DNA of 64,000 bases, taken from the NCBI GenBank assembly GCA_029856045.1, contig JAHQWG010000043.1, positions 32,001 through 96,000 of the forward strand, in the 5' to 3' direction. Below are positions 63,113-64,000 of this stretch, piece by piece (within the stretch, counting starts at the first letter, position 1; every line of letters begins with the position of its first letter). The translations under genes and the position numbers were made by a program. The notes under the pieces were generated by a model that ran no database searches, was not told where the DNA came from, and saw only the letters and a program-made list of their open reading frames with translations. The stretch comes from Promethearchaeia archaeon (lineage in GTDB: Archaea; Asgardarchaeota; Lokiarchaeia; Sigyniarchaeales; SOKP01).

Positions 63113-63679
63113 ATGTTATCTCAAGACTCTAAAACAAAAATTGTTAAGGAGTCAATAGTTGGTGAGATAATATCAATTACTGGTGATCTTTTTGCTGGAA
63201 TAATAATGGTTTTCTTTATAATACCTTTTGAAAGTTTTTCTTATTTAATAATTATGATTCCAGCACTATTAACGCTACGTGGAAATGTAAGTGGGACTTT
63301 CATTGCTCGAACAACAAGAGATTTATTTACTGGTGAATTATCCAAAACGCTAAAACCAATAAAACGTTGGCTTGAGAATATTGGAGCAACTTTATTCATA
63401 TCACTTCTTGTTGGAGTCTTTATTGGAATTTTATCTCAGATTGTGAGTATTCTATTGGGAAATGAAATTTTTAATCTGTTTATTTTTCTGTCAATTCCAT
63501 TGTTTACAATTCTGTTTGATCTAATTATATCTATTCCACTATCTTCATTTCTAAACATCTCTTGCTTTCGCTTTGGTTTAGATCCAAATAATCTTGTAAA
63601 TCCAATAATGACATGCGTTGATGATTTTCTAACGGTTTTTGGCTTTCTTCTATCTTTAATACTATTGGGGGTGCCTTAA
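63113..63679 (+). CDS. MgtE-type integral membrane domain protein
   Basis: PALLTLRGNVSG and GLDPNNLVNPIMTCVDD. Confidence 0.8.
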   Translation: MLSQDSKTKIVKESIVGEIISITGDLFAGIIMVFFIIPFESFSYLIIMIPALLTLRGNVSGTFIARTTRDLFTGELSKTLKPIKRWLENIGATLFISLLVGVFIGILSQIVSILLGNEIFNLFIFLSIPLFTILFDLIISIPLSSFLNISCFRFGLDPNNLVNPIMTCVDDFLTVFGFLLSLILLGVP

Positions 63680-64000
63680 ATGGAATATTTCAAGATGATT
63701 GTTAAAGAATCAATAATAATTGTCTTATTAACCTCTTTTTTAGGATTAATTTCTGGTATTTATTTATCTGATCAATATGATTTATTAAGCTCTATTCCTA
63801 TTTTTATAATGGTTATACCACCATTAAATGCATGTATTGGTGATTTATCTACAATTTTGATTTCTAAGTTCACTACATATCTATATATAGGATTAATTCC
63901 TCCTAAAATTCAAAAATCTGAAACATTAAGAAATAATTTTTTCGCATTATTAATTACCGGAATTTTATCAGTATTATTTTTAAGTATAATAAGCATAATT
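63680..64000 (+). CDS. Partial second MgtE-type membrane protein (runs off window)
   Basis: ATG directly after the previous stop; MEYFKMIVKES...VIPPLNACIGDLSTILISK. Confidence 0.7.
   Translation, partial: MEYFKMIVKESIIIVLLTSFLGLISGIYLSDQYDLLSSIPIFIMVIPPLNACIGDLSTILISKFTTYLYIGLIPPKIQKSETLRNNFFALLITGILSVLFLSIISII

Noticed and set aside
1-64000. CRISPR arrays, tRNA/rRNA genes, intact IS elements or prophage
   Set aside because: No regularly spaced repeats, GC-rich structural RNA blocks, full transposase, integrase or capsid genes were seen by eye; tRNAscan-SE and Infernal would be needed to exclude small RNAs

Overview
AT-rich archaeal window. The gene content points to an Asgard archaeon, most likely Lokiarchaeia: ribosomal uL16/L10e, ScpA, two Roadblock/LC7 proteins, a Rag/Gtr-like GTPase, arrestin-fold, uDENN/longin-like and PCI-like proteins. 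The centre is a 10 kb minus-strand hdr/mvhD/frhB operon. The ORF track fragments its first two genes, which I read as intact selenoprotein genes: hdrA (27122..25179) has 4 in-frame UGA and vhuD/mvhD (25155..24688) has 2, all at conserved Cys positions. They are followed by one eukaryote-type (type II) SECIS hairpin at 24620..24698, and all-Cys paralogs of both genes lie in the same operon. Three genes around this operon share a C-terminal Ig-like module: a uDENN-like protein, an FrhB-like F420 oxidoreductase and an arrestin-fold protein. The last two bracket the Rag-like GTPase, suggesting an undescribed redox-linked small-GTPase signalling module (inference). Also present: a kinase/GNAT/GNAT/ThiF/7TM cluster, a receptor-like beta-propeller membrane protein, acyl-CoA metabolism genes, grpE/dnaK/dnaJ interrupted by catalase, and several gene remnants. 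No rRNA, tRNA, CRISPR array or intact mobile element was seen. All family assignments come from motif recognition by eye, not database searches.
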